Shown here in pieces: positions 1 through 7,434 of a stretch of 16,037 bases of DNA (the stretch's first letter is position 1; every line of letters starts with the position of its first letter). The DNA comes from Halalkalibacterium halodurans (GTDB taxonomy: Bacteria; Bacillota; Bacilli; Bacillales; Bacillaceae_D). The stretch spans positions 1-16,037 of the forward strand of contig NZ_SNUY01000067.1 in the NCBI RefSeq assembly GCF_004376175.1. Direction: 5' to 3'. The notes beneath the pieces were generated by a model. That model saw only the letters and a list, made by a program, of their open reading frames with translations, ran no database searches and was not told the DNA's origin. The translations under genes were made by a program, and so were the position numbers.

Positions 1-141
1 GCACTGAAAGACTTGAAAGGCTTTTAAAAACCATAAGATTCTCAACGAGGAGAACCCTAAAATCCTGAATTCGCTTACACATATGAGGATGGAAAATACT
101 CCTCCCACAAAAGGTTGACACAATCTCCTAAATTCCTTGAC

Positions 142-169
142 TTGACTCTGGCAAGGGGCTTGCTATAAT
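142..169 (+). promoter_or_regulatory. Sigma-A-type promoter of the riboswitch-ykkCD operon
   Basis: TTGACT at 142-147, a 16-nt spacer, then TGc-TATAAT at 161-169 (extended -10). It lies about 30 nt upstream of the riboswitch core. Confidence 0.55.
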
Positions 170-195
170 GAGGGGGATTAACCGAATAGCCAAAT

Positions 196-294
196 GTTTT
201 CTAGGGTTCCGCTTGCAAGGCAAGGCCTGGTCCGAGAGAAAACGCAAAAAAGATTGTCTTTTTTGTCCACGGAGGGAGAAAAGCCCGGGAGATA
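196..294 (+). promoter_or_regulatory. ykkC leader: Guanidine-I riboswitch aptamer (ykkC-yxkD motif)
   Basis: The conserved blocks are directly readable: CUAGGGUUCCG (201-211), GGUCCGAGAG (229-238), ACGGAGGGA (269-277) and GCCCGGGAGA (283-292). It sits immediately upstream of SMR genes, the classic genomic context. Aptamer edges are approximate. Confidence 0.85.
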
Positions 295-322
295 TCGATA
301 CACGATATGTCTCGGGCTTTTT
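282..322 (+). terminator. Riboswitch expression-platform intrinsic terminator
   Basis: A 16-bp stem pairs 282-297 with 303-318 (one G-U, one mismatch) around a 5-nt loop, followed by a T-run at 318-322. The left arm overlaps the conserved 3' aptamer segment GCCCGGGAGA. That overlap fits a ligand-dependent anti-termination (ON) switch. Confidence 0.75.
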
Positions 323-343
323 ATATGGAAAGGAGAATGCTAT

Positions 344-688
344 ATGAATAAACAATGGCTTATGGTTGTCATAGCAGCGGTGTTTGAAGTAGGATGGGTG
401 ATCGGGCTGAAGCACGCGGATCATCCGCTAGAATGGGGAGGAACCGCCCTCGCGATTGTCATTAGTTTTTCGCTAATGATTTTAGCAGCGAAACAGCTGC
501 CCGTCGGTACTGTGTACGCGGTCTTTGTCGGTCTAGGTACGGCTGGCACCGTGTGTGCTGAAGCTGTTCTTTTTGCCGAACCGCTCTCTTCAATGAAGCT
601 GCTACTTATTGTGCTTTTATTAGCGGGTGTAATCGGCTTAAAGCTAGCGAGCGGACAGTCTTCATCTCAACAAAAGGAGGTGGGGTAA
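344..688 (+). CDS. ykkC: SMR-family guanidinium exporter subunit (YkkC/GdnC-like)
   Basis: ATG at 344 is preceded by GGAAAGGAGA (327-336). The 114-aa, four-TM product [26 protein letters not shown]...[19 protein letters not shown] closely matches remembered B. subtilis YkkC. The ORF-track start at 194 would run through the riboswitch and is rejected. Confidence 0.9.
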   Translation: MNKQWLMVVIAAVFEVGWVIGLKHADHPLEWGGTALAIVISFSLMILAAKQLPVGTVYAVFVGLGTAGTVCAEAVLFAEPLSSMKLLLIVLLLAGVIGLKLASGQSSSQQKEVG

Positions 689-1003
689 ATGGCTTGGGTG
701 ATTCTTATTGCCGCAGGGTTATGTGAAATGGTCGGCGTACTGATGATTAATCAGCTCCATCGAAGCCGTTCGTGGAAGGCCTATGCTGGGATGATCATCG
801 GATTTGGACTTAGCTTTTGGTTGTTAGCCATGGCGATGCAATCTCTATCGATGGGAACAGCCTATGCCGTTTGGACCGGAATCGGTGCATCAGGCGGTGC
901 ACTCCTCGGTATGTTGTTTTACGATGAACCACCACAAACCCTACGGATTATATGCATCGCTCTCATTTTAGCAGCAACAATCGGACTGAAATTCATCGGT
1001 TAA
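689..1003 (+). CDS. ykkD: SMR-family guanidinium exporter subunit (YkkD/GdnD-like)
   Basis: The ATG directly abuts the ykkC TAA (686-688). A strong SD, AAAGGAGGTGGGG, lies inside the end of ykkC. Motifs GLCEMVGV and MGTAYAVWTGIGASGGAL match the paired-SMR partner YkkD. Confidence 0.9.
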   Translation: MAWVILIAAGLCEMVGVLMINQLHRSRSWKAYAGMIIGFGLSFWLLAMAMQSLSMGTAYAVWTGIGASGGALLGMLFYDEPPQTLRIICIALILAATIGLKFIG

Positions 1004-1006
1004 GTA

Positions 1007-1050
1007 AGCCACCCTCCATCGACAACGGAAAAGAGGGTGGCTCCTTTTTT
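1007..1050. terminator. Bidirectional intrinsic terminator between ykkD and the convergent protease gene
   Basis: AGCCACCCTC (1007-1016) pairs with GAGGGTGGCT (1033-1042). A T6 run at 1045-1050 follows on the plus strand and overlaps the protease stop codon. The same hairpin lies directly after the protease stop on the minus strand. Confidence 0.75.
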
Positions 1051-2167
1051 AATCTAAAGCGGCGTCCACGTTAAGAAGGCCATGACCGTAATAAAACGGC
1101 TTTCCGAGTGGTGTGGCCGTTGTATTCAATCGCTTGCGAATTTGTTCGTTTGTTAGCTCAGGGTTGTTACTTTTAATGAGGGCAGCTGCTCCTGTCACAT
1201 GAGGTGAAGCCATTGACGTTCCACTTAATCGCTCGTATCGATTAAAGAGGAAGGTGCTATGAATCTCAACACCAGGGGCCATGATTTCAAGCTGCTCCCC
1301 GTAGCTTGAAAAGCTTGCTCGCTCGTTATTGCCATCGACCGCTCCAACGGCGACAACCGAATCATAGCGAGCCGGGTAATCAATCGTATGTTGTTCGTCC
1401 GCTTCCCCTGAATTACCAGCGGCGGCGATGATTAAAATCCCATGATCATGGGCGCGCTCGACCGCTCGTTGTAACGCTTCTGAGTCGGTGTTCGTGCCGA
1501 GACTCATATTAATGATGTCCATATCGTTTGAGATCGCCCAGTCAATTCCGTTCGTAATCGAGGCAATCGAGCCTGCACCAAGACCATTCAGCACTTTAAC
1601 GGCATAGAGCTCCACATTCGGTGCGATTCCAGTCGAAGCTTCATCATTTTCTTGGGCAGCGATGGTGCCCGCAACATGGGTTCCGTGCCCATTTAAGTCA
1701 CGGTAAAAAGGTTCAACTGATACGAAGCTCACACCGTCAATAACATGTAAATCATCATGGCTTGCAATTCCCGTATCAAGGACCGCGACCTTAACCCCGT
1801 CTCCCCGCTTCATACGCTCTTCCAATTTCGGAATATCCGTCTCTTGGATGTTATTCATCACAAGCGGATCAAGGTATACTTTTTCATTCTTTTCAATAAA
1901 TTCAACCGATGGGTCATTTTCTAGCAACTCGGCCACTTCTGTGGAAAGCTCTGACACGATGACAGGGAGGTTTTCGTATTCGTGCTGCACTTCTACCGCT
2001 GAGGTCGTGACATTGTTACTGAAGGCTTGAGCGGCCGCTTCATTTTTAAAGCCGACCAAATATTCCTCTGTATCTTCTGTATCTTCACGATTGTCTGCAA
2101 AAGCTGTCCCAGTCGCCAGAACGATCATCAATATGGTCATGATCAACACGTGTACACGCCGCTTCAT
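1049..2167 (-). CDS. Secreted subtilisin-family (peptidase S8A) serine protease with I9 propeptide
   Basis: It has an N-terminal signal peptide (MKRRVHVLIMTILMIVLATGTAFA) and an inhibitor-I9-like propeptide (YLVGFKNEAAAQAF...). The catalytic triad motifs are VAVLDTGI (Asp), HGTHVAGTIAA (His) and GTSMASPHVTGAAAL (Ser). A GGAGG SD lies upstream of the ATG. Confidence 0.9.
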   Translation of the reverse strand: MKRRVHVLIMTILMIVLATGTAFADNREDTEDTEEYLVGFKNEAAAQAFSNNVTTSAVEVQHEYENLPVIVSELSTEVAELLENDPSVEFIEKNEKVYLDPLVMNNIQETDIPKLEERMKRGDGVKVAVLDTGIASHDDLHVIDGVSFVSVEPFYRDLNGHGTHVAGTIAAQENDEASTGIAPNVELYAVKVLNGLGAGSIASITNGIDWAISNDMDIINMSLGTNTDSEALQRAVERAHDHGILIIAAAGNSGEADEQHTIDYPARYDSVVAVGAVDGNNERASFSSYGEQLEIMAPGVEIHSTFLFNRYERLSGTSMASPHVTGAAALIKSNNPELTNEQIRKRLNTTATPLGKPFYYGHGLLNVDAALD

Positions 2168-2338
2168 TCTACCTTCCTCCCTCTACTAGAAGTTGTTCTT
2201 AATCTATCACAGATCTCACATTCTCTGATCCGCCATATTTCCACAGCAACTGACCTAGTATCTTTCATGCTTCGTTATTCTTTTTCAACAGCGGACCTGT
2301 ATAAAAATATTTATATATGTCAATCAATTGCTTGAAAA

Positions 2339-2367
2339 TTGCACCACTCCTCCCTTTTCCCTACAAT
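2339..2367 (+). promoter_or_regulatory. Candidate sigma-A promoter for lplJ
   Basis: TTGCAC (2339-2344), a 17-nt spacer, then TACAAT (2362-2367), about 35 nt upstream of the lplJ start. Confidence 0.4.
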
Positions 2368-2400
2368 ATAAGAGAGACAAACTGTAAAGGAGCGACGCGC

Positions 2401-3393
2401 ATGCTTTTTATAGATAACCAAGGCATTACCGATCCACGCATTAATTTAGCGATTGAGGAATACGCCTTAAAAAACCTAGACATTAATGAAACCTACTTGC
2501 TTTTTTATATTAATGAACCGTCGATTATTATCGGGCGGAATCAAAACACGATCGAAGAAATTAATACGGAATATGTAGAATCGAATGGTATTCACGTCGT
2601 CCGTCGCCTCTCGGGAGGAGGAGCCGTCTATCATGACCACGGAAATTTAAACTTTAGCTTCATTACAAAGGATGATGGTGAGAGCTTCAGCAACTTTCAA
2701 AAGTTTACTGATCCGGTTATCAAGGCGTTAGCCAAGCTCGGTGTCACGGCTGAATTAAAAGGAAGAAACGATATTATCGCAAGCGATGGTCGAAAAATTT
2801 CCGGAAATGCACAATTCTCCACAAAGGGCCGAATGTTTAGTCACGGAACTCTTCTTTTTGACTCTGAAATTGACCATGTTGTTTCCGCCCTTAACGTTAG
2901 CAAAGATAAAATTGAATCGAAGGGCATTAAATCGATCCGCAGTCGTGTTGCCAACATTTCTGAATTTCTAACCGAAAAAATCTCCATTGACCAATTCCGC
3001 TCATTGCTACTTGAATCGATCTTTGACGGTCAAGCGAACATCCAAGAGTACAAATTAACCGCCGACGACTGGGCAGAGATTCATAAGCTGTCAAAGGAAC
3101 GGTATCAAAATTGGGATTGGAACTACGGGAAATCCCCAGCCTTTAACCTGCAACATTCCCACCGCTTCCCTGTCGGCAACATTGACATCCGCCTTGAGGT
3201 GAAAGGTGGTACGATTCAACAGTGCAAAATCTTTGGCGACTTCTTTGGTACAGGGGATGTACGTGATCTGGAGGATAGACTGGTTGGCATCCGTTATGAG
3301 CGAGCTGACATCGAACAAGCATTAGCGGACGTAGACGTCAAAACGTACTTCGGTCAAGTGGAAAAAGACGATTTATTAAACCTGTTCTATTGA
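2401..3393 (+). CDS. lplJ: Lipoate-protein ligase A (LplJ)
   Basis: ATG at 2401 is preceded by AAGGAG (2386-2391). The product MLFIDNQGITDPRINLAIEEYALKNL...RRLSGGGAVYHD...GRKISGNAQF...KGIKSIRSRVANISEF...ERYQNWDWNYG is near-collinear with remembered B. subtilis LplJ. Its length of 330 aa fits. The track start at 2317 has no SD. Confidence 0.92.
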   Translation: MLFIDNQGITDPRINLAIEEYALKNLDINETYLLFYINEPSIIIGRNQNTIEEINTEYVESNGIHVVRRLSGGGAVYHDHGNLNFSFITKDDGESFSNFQKFTDPVIKALAKLGVTAELKGRNDIIASDGRKISGNAQFSTKGRMFSHGTLLFDSEIDHVVSALNVSKDKIESKGIKSIRSRVANISEFLTEKISIDQFRSLLLESIFDGQANIQEYKLTADDWAEIHKLSKERYQNWDWNYGKSPAFNLQHSHRFPVGNIDIRLEVKGGTIQQCKIFGDFFGTGDVRDLEDRLVGIRYERADIEQALADVDVKTYFGQVEKDDLLNLFY

Positions 3394-3397
3394 TCAC

Positions 3398-3426
3398 AGG
3401 CCCCTTTCTTAGGGGCTTATTTTTTA
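3398..3426 (+). terminator. Intrinsic terminator after lplJ
   Basis: Stem 3398-3405 pairs with 3411-3418 (GCCCCT/AGGGGC core) around a 5-nt loop, followed by ATTTTTT. Confidence 0.75.
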
Positions 3427-3588
3427 GTTTTTAATGTTCTATTTTTTTCCTTCTCCACATAGGATGAACGTGAGCTCGTCCTTTAAGAAAATTAAAAATC
3501 GACGGAGGGAGCGCTTACATTTTGTCGAAGAAAGAACATACTCCCACTTGTTTTGGGAGTAAAATCATATGGGGGAGGTTTTTGTAGA

Positions 3589-5109
3589 ATGGTGTATCAA
3601 CGTCCAAATGAAGAAGGTGCTGTCGTCTCGTTTAAGAAGAGGTATGACAACTACGTGAATGGAGAATGGACACCGCCTGTGAAAGGTCAATATTTTGAAA
3701 ATGTCACTCCGGTTACAGGCGAAGTCTTTTGTGAAGTCGCTCGTTCCACAGCCGAGGACATTGATCTAGCCCTTGACGCCGCCCACGCGGCGAAAGAGCA
3801 ATGGGGAAAAACGTCACCTGCCGAGCGAGCAAATCTATTAAATAAAATAGCCGATCGGATGGAGGAAAACTTAGAAAAACTCGCCGTTGCGGAGACGTGG
3901 GAGAACGGGAAGCCCGTCCGTGAAACGTTAAATGCCGACATTCCACTGGCGATCGACCATTTTCGCTACTTTGCTGGCGCGATTCGTGCCCAAGAAGGTA
4001 CGTTGAGCCAAATTGACAACGATACGGTCGCGTACCATTTTCATGAACCGCTTGGTGTTGTCGGTCAAATTATCCCCTGGAACTTTCCGATTTTAATGGC
4101 GACGTGGAAGCTGGCACCTGCCTTAGCTGCCGGCAACTGCGTCATCTTAAAGCCTGCAGAACAGACGCCGGCTTCGATTTTTGTCTTGCTTGAATTAATT
4201 GAAGATCTACTGCCAAAAGGGGTTGTCAACATTGTGAACGGCTTCGGAGTGGAAGCAGGAAAACCGCTCGCTTCCTCGAGTCGTGTCGCCAAGGTGGCAT
4301 TTACAGGGGAAACGACAACCGGCCGCTTAATCATGCAATATGCGTCGGAAAACTTGATTCCGGTCACACTTGAACTTGGCGGTAAATCACCGAATATTTT
4401 CTTTGATGACGTGATGGCAAAAGACGACGCCTTTTTAAATAAAGCGATCGAAGGGTTCGTCCTGTTTGCCTTGAACCAAGGAGAAGTTTGCACATGCCCG
4501 TCTCGCGCCCTCATCCAAGAGTCGATCTACGATACATTTATGGAGCGTGCTTTGGCTCGGGTACAAGCGATTAAACAAGGCAATCCGCTAGATCCTAACA
4601 CGATGATTGGCGCTCAAGCCTCACAGGAGCAGCTTGAAAAAATTCTTTCGTACTTAGCCATCGGTAAGGAGGAAGGCGCCGAGGTACTCGCTGGCGGTGA
4701 ACGCAATCATTTGCCAGGTGAATTGGCGAACGGCTACTATGTTAGTCCAACTGTGTTTAAAGGTACGAATGATATGCGCGTCTTCCAAGAGGAAATCTTC
4801 GGGCCGGTCGTTTCTGTGACGACGTTTAAGGATGCGGAGGAAGCATTAGCGATTGCGAATGACACCCTTTACGGACTCGGGGCAGGTGTTTGGACGCGGG
4901 ACATGAATAAAGCCTACCGATTTGGGCGAGAGATTCAAGCGGGACGCGTATGGACGAACTGCTATCACGCCTACCCTGCCCACGCCGCTTTCGGAGGATA
5001 CAAAAAGTCCGGCATCGGCCGAGAAACACACCTGATGATGCTGAGCCACTATCAACAAACGAAAAATCTGCTCGTCAGCTACAGTGAAGACGCATTAGGA
5101 TTTTTCTAA
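3589..5109 (+). CDS. NAD(P)+-dependent aldehyde dehydrogenase, AldB/AcoD-like (about 506 aa)
   Basis: ATG at 3589 lies 10 nt after GGGGGAGG (3571-3578). The catalytic motifs are ELGGKSP (Glu) and [11 protein letters not shown] (Cys). PWNFP is present, and the C-terminal YKKSGIGRE is typical of the family. A DUF779 gene follows, as is usual for this subgroup. Confidence 0.9.
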   Translation: MVYQRPNEEGAVVSFKKRYDNYVNGEWTPPVKGQYFENVTPVTGEVFCEVARSTAEDIDLALDAAHAAKEQWGKTSPAERANLLNKIADRMEENLEKLAVAETWENGKPVRETLNADIPLAIDHFRYFAGAIRAQEGTLSQIDNDTVAYHFHEPLGVVGQIIPWNFPILMATWKLAPALAAGNCVILKPAEQTPASIFVLLELIEDLLPKGVVNIVNGFGVEAGKPLASSSRVAKVAFTGETTTGRLIMQYASENLIPVTLELGGKSPNIFFDDVMAKDDAFLNKAIEGFVLFALNQGEVCTCPSRALIQESIYDTFMERALARVQAIKQGNPLDPNTMIGAQASQEQLEKILSYLAIGKEEGAEVLAGGERNHLPGELANGYYVSPTVFKGTNDMRVFQEEIFGPVVSVTTFKDAEEALAIANDTLYGLGAGVWTRDMNKAYRFGREIQAGRVWTNCYHAYPAHAAFGGYKKSGIGRETHLMMLSHYQQTKNLLVSYSEDALGFF

Positions 5110-5112
5110 GAG

Positions 5113-5478
5113 GTGATGAATGTGCCCGAACGCGTAACGGCAACCGAGGCGGCCTTGTTGCTCATCGACAAGCTGAAACAGACCCATGGGCCACTCATGT
5201 TTCATCAGTCTGGCGGCTGCTGCGATGGCAGCTCGCCTATGTGTTATCCTGAAGGAGAGCTCCGCGTCGGCGCCAATGACGTGCTTCTCGGTAAAATTGG
5301 TGGTGTCCCCTTTTACATTGCGAGGGATCAGTACGAATATTGGAAGCATACCCAGTTAATCATCGATGTCGTCGATGGACGCGGAGGGATGTTTTCCCTT
5401 GAAGGGCCTGAAGGAAAGCGATTCTTGACACGATCTCGCGTCTTTACAGAGAGCGAGCGAAAGGCCCTCCGGATTTAA
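5113..5478 (+). CDS. DUF779 domain protein (aldehyde-dehydrogenase-associated, function unknown)
   Basis: The hallmark MFHQSGGCCDGSSPMCYP is present and the length is about 120 aa. It starts 4-13 nt after the ALDH stop. The SD AAGAGGTGA (5108-5116) favours GTG 5122 or ATG 5116 as the true start, while GTG 5113 is the longest ORF. Confidence 0.8.
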   Translation: MMNVPERVTATEAALLLIDKLKQTHGPLMFHQSGGCCDGSSPMCYPEGELRVGANDVLLGKIGGVPFYIARDQYEYWKHTQLIIDVVDGRGGMFSLEGPEGKRFLTRSRVFTESERKALRI

Positions 5479-5497
5479 AAATAGCAAAACAACGAAA

Positions 5498-5540
5498 AAA
5501 GGTTCCAAACATCAATACTGGATGGCGGGAACCTTTCTTT
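5498..5540 (+). terminator. Probable terminator of the ALDH-DUF779 operon
   Basis: AAAGGTTCC (5498-5506) pairs with GGAACCTTT (5528-5536). The loop is 21 nt and a short T-rich tail follows. The large loop lowers confidence. Confidence 0.5.
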
Positions 5541-5767
5541 GATTGAATTGTCCTATTACCTATTGTGACGTTTTGGCGGTGGATTTTCTTAGTTCACCGC
5601 CATGGCCTAATTTTGTTACATTCTTTGCAGGAACAATAAATACTTAGTGACTTCTTAATCGAAACACCACCAATTATTGATCTGCTTTATCTTCTTATCA
5701 CCATTCCCTTACCATCACATTTGGTAGATTCATTTTTCAGATCTGGATGCTTACCTGACTCCATATC

Positions 5768-5794
5768 CAAATAAAATAGAGGGGGTTCCCCCTC
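5768..5794 (-). terminator. Intrinsic terminator of the SRPBCC gene
   Basis: A GC-rich palindrome GAGGGGGTTCCCCCTC (5779-5794) lies 31 nt past the stop. It is followed on the minus strand by TATTTTATTT. Confidence 0.75.
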
Positions 5795-5825
5795 ATCGTT
5801 CATTGAATTTTCCGTAGGTTCTCTC

Positions 5826-6299
5826 TCACACTCTCGACTCTAGCGGCATTCCTTGCCATTGTTGTTCTAAGCACGCCTTCAGGGCCTCCAACTGCTTCCG
5901 CCCCATCGTGCGCAATGATTGATGAAGGAACGGGCGAATGGCCTTCGTATACCAATTGTTAAAGGTCGGAATGCATTCGAAATGGACAATCGTTCCACCT
6001 GCCTCAGTTTCAATGAGTCGATAAAAGATTTCCATCGTAAGATAGTCGCTTTCTAAGCGAACACCGTAAAAAGACGGACGATGAAAAGCAATGATTTCTC
6101 CTGCATATTCCTCCACTTTTCGACCGTTGTGAATCCGTTGAACGAAGGTAGCTCCTTTACGCTTCATGCCCTCTCGCTTATGAAAGTAGATGTTTTCCAT
6201 AAACCCGCATTGCCATTCACGCATCAAGTCTTCTTCGCTCACATAACGAAACACCGTTTCAATTGCAGCGTTCATCTCAACTTGGTACGTCACTCCCAC
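5826..6299 (-). CDS. SRPBCC-superfamily (START/polyketide-cyclase-like) protein, function unknown
   Basis: A 157-aa ORF with a GTG start lies 10 nt after AAGGGAG. The N-terminal pattern VTYQVEMNAAIETVFRYVSEEDLMREW and the alternating beta-strand-like segments resemble the SRPBCC fold. The assignment is by pattern only. The overlapping plus-strand ORF 6081-6527 looks non-protein-like. Confidence 0.6.
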   Translation of the reverse strand: MGVTYQVEMNAAIETVFRYVSEEDLMREWQCGFMENIYFHKREGMKRKGATFVQRIHNGRKVEEYAGEIIAFHRPSFYGVRLESDYLTMEIFYRLIETEAGGTIVHFECIPTFNNWYTKAIRPFLHQSLRTMGRKQLEALKACLEQQWQGMPLESRV

Positions 6300-6473
6300 C
6301 GGTACCCATCTCCCTTTCCGCTATTCATTTCTTTCTGTTTTCCCTATTTTCGTGATCAACAATCGCAAACCTTTTTCATTCCCCGAAAATCAGTCTATTC
6401 ACCTAGACCAAAAAGTATGAAAGGTCTATCTTTTTTGCCGGCATTTGTTGACAAAACGTTCACAACACGAAAC

Positions 6474-6502
6474 TTGTTTCTGTTTGTCCAACTCTTTACA
6501 AT
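6474..6502 (+). promoter_or_regulatory. Candidate sigma-A promoter for the lipoprotein gene
   Basis: TTGTTT (6474-6479), a 17-nt spacer, then TACAAT (6497-6502), about 38 nt upstream of the start. A GAAAC-TT-GTTTC palindrome overlaps the -35. Confidence 0.35.
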
Positions 6503-6539
6503 GGAAGGGAACGCGCACAATCTTTAGGAGGGACGTCCT

Positions 6540-6938
6540 TTGAAATATTTGATAATGGTCGCTGTTGCCATTCTCCTCGTCGCATGTGGCCAGACAGAAG
6601 AGGAGCAAGGTGCGGTCGATCATATAGAACAGTTATCACCGATTGAAGTTGAGCTTTTGTATGAGGAAGCGCTCGCATCGGGGGAAAATATGACCTTTGA
6701 CGTTCTCGTTACCCAGAACGAGGCGCCGGTTGAAGATGCCCGGGAGGTAATCGTTGAATTTTGGCAAGAAGGGGCAAAAGAAGAGAGTGACATGATTGAG
6801 TCAACCAATGAAGGAGGCGGAGTGTATCGCGTGACCTACGAGTTTCCTGAGGATGGTCTCTACTTCGTCCAACCTCACGTGACAGCTCGAGATATGCACC
6901 GAATGCCCCTTTATGAATTGACGATTGGTGAGGAATAA
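6540..6938 (+). CDS. Lipoprotein with a YtkA/FixH-like (Ig-fold) domain; first half of an interrupted two-domain frame
   Basis: A TTG start lies 8 nt after GGAGG (6527-6531). The signal peptide MKYLIMVAVAILLVAC has an LVAC lipobox. The domain pattern is NMTFDVLVTQNEAPVEDA...GGVYRVTYEFPEDGLYFVQPHV. The frame ends at TAA 6936-6938. Confidence 0.75.
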   Translation: MKYLIMVAVAILLVACGQTEEEQGAVDHIEQLSPIEVELLYEEALASGENMTFDVLVTQNEAPVEDAREVIVEFWQEGAKEESDMIESTNEGGGVYRVTYEFPEDGLYFVQPHVTARDMHRMPLYELTIGEE

Positions 6939-7280
6939 GCTGACCAAGAGAAACAATCGTTTGTCGAGTATGAATCTGAGATCATTGACCTTTCCTTATT
7001 TGCGGAAGACTCGATTCAAGCAGGCGAAGAAACCACCCTATTAATTGTAGTGGAACATAAGGATAAACCGTTTACTGGCGGGGTTTTGACACTTGAGGTT
7101 TGGCAACATGAGGACGAAGCACATACATGGCTCGACACCGAAGAGACGGACGTAGGTCAGTACGAAGTCAGCCATACGTTTGCAGACGCGGGTGAGTATC
7201 ATGTCGTTTTCCATATTGAAGACGACACCGGTCTCCACGAACATATCCATGAAGCATTAATAGTCGATGAGAACACGTAG
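6939..7280 (+). pseudogene. In-frame continuation encoding a second, His-rich YtkA/FixH-like domain, cut off from 6540-6938 by one TAA
   Basis: It is in the same frame as 6540-6938 with no further stop until 7278-7280. Codons 6939-7049 read as plausible protein (ADQEKQSFVEYESEIIDLSLFAEDSIQAGEETTLLIVV). There is no SD and no signal peptide ahead of the GTG at 7050 that the ORF track uses. Confidence 0.6.
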
Positions 7281-7313
7281 TTAACTGCCGAGTGTTTATC
7301 TCAACACAAAACG

Positions 7314-7347
7314 AAGGAAGCCCCCTAGACGGAGAGGCTTCCTTTTT
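7314..7347. terminator. Intrinsic terminator after the lipoprotein locus, possibly bidirectional
   Basis: AAGGAAGCC (7314-7322) pairs with GGCTTCCTT (7336-7344), followed by a T5 run. On the minus strand the hairpin is followed by CGTTTTG, about 90 nt past the ArsR-DUF2087 stop. Confidence 0.7.
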
Positions 7348-7434
7348 CGGTTACGCTAACTTCAACGTTCCAAAAATCGTCGGGATCGCTCGCCCGCAAT
7401 GACGCAAAAGTAAAGTGAGTTGCCTAACAAAAAA

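Noticed and set aside
1-127. Possible gene fragments at the left edge. These are a plus-frame ORF ending at TGA 66-68 (…TERLERLLKTIRFSTRRTLKS) and a minus-strand ATG at 82-80 that stays open to the edge.
   Set aside because: They are too short to identify. The minus-strand ATG lies 16 nt from its only SD-like element, so I cannot support either.
128-424. A 98-aa minus-strand ORF, plus the 5' extension (194-343) of the plus-strand ykkC ORF.
   Set aside because: Both run through the guanidine-I riboswitch and its terminator. The real ykkC start at 344 has a good SD and matches the YkkC N-terminus.
1848-2335. Plus-strand ORFs 1848-2030 and 2027-2335.
   Set aside because: They are antisense to, or just upstream of, the well-supported S8 protease gene. 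They have low-complexity, Ser/Phe/Cys-rich composition and no SD.
2317-2400. An upstream extension of lplJ (MSINCLKIAPLL...).
   Set aside because: It has no SD and would overlap the candidate promoter. The homologous LplJ N-terminus (MLFIDNQ) begins at 2401 with AAGGAG upstream. The same logic rejects the extensions at 3553-3588 (ALDH), 9210-9275 (nagZ) and 11352-11360 (namZ).
3539-3561. A hairpin TACTCCCA/TGGGAGTA in the ALDH leader, considered as a riboswitch or attenuator.
   Set aside because: It has no T-tract, no recognisable riboswitch consensus, and no sigma-54 -24/-12 element nearby. A single 8-bp hairpin is insufficient evidence.
3687-5349. Minus-strand ORFs inside the ALDH and DUF779 genes (3687-3941, 3713-3946, 4065-4514, 4826-5029, 4846-5058, 5095-5349).
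   Set aside because: They are antisense shadows of strongly supported genes. Their composition is Arg/Ser/Pro-rich, and they have no starts with an SD.
6081-6678. Plus-strand ORF 6081-6527 and minus-strand ORFs 6426-6623, 6496-6678 and 6620-6808.
   Set aside because: They overlap the SRPBCC gene, the promoter region or the lipoprotein gene. Their sequences are not protein-like and they lack an SD.
7041-7250. A 69-aa minus-strand ORF.
   Set aside because: It is antisense to the second YtkA-like domain, which has clear domain-level similarity to the first.
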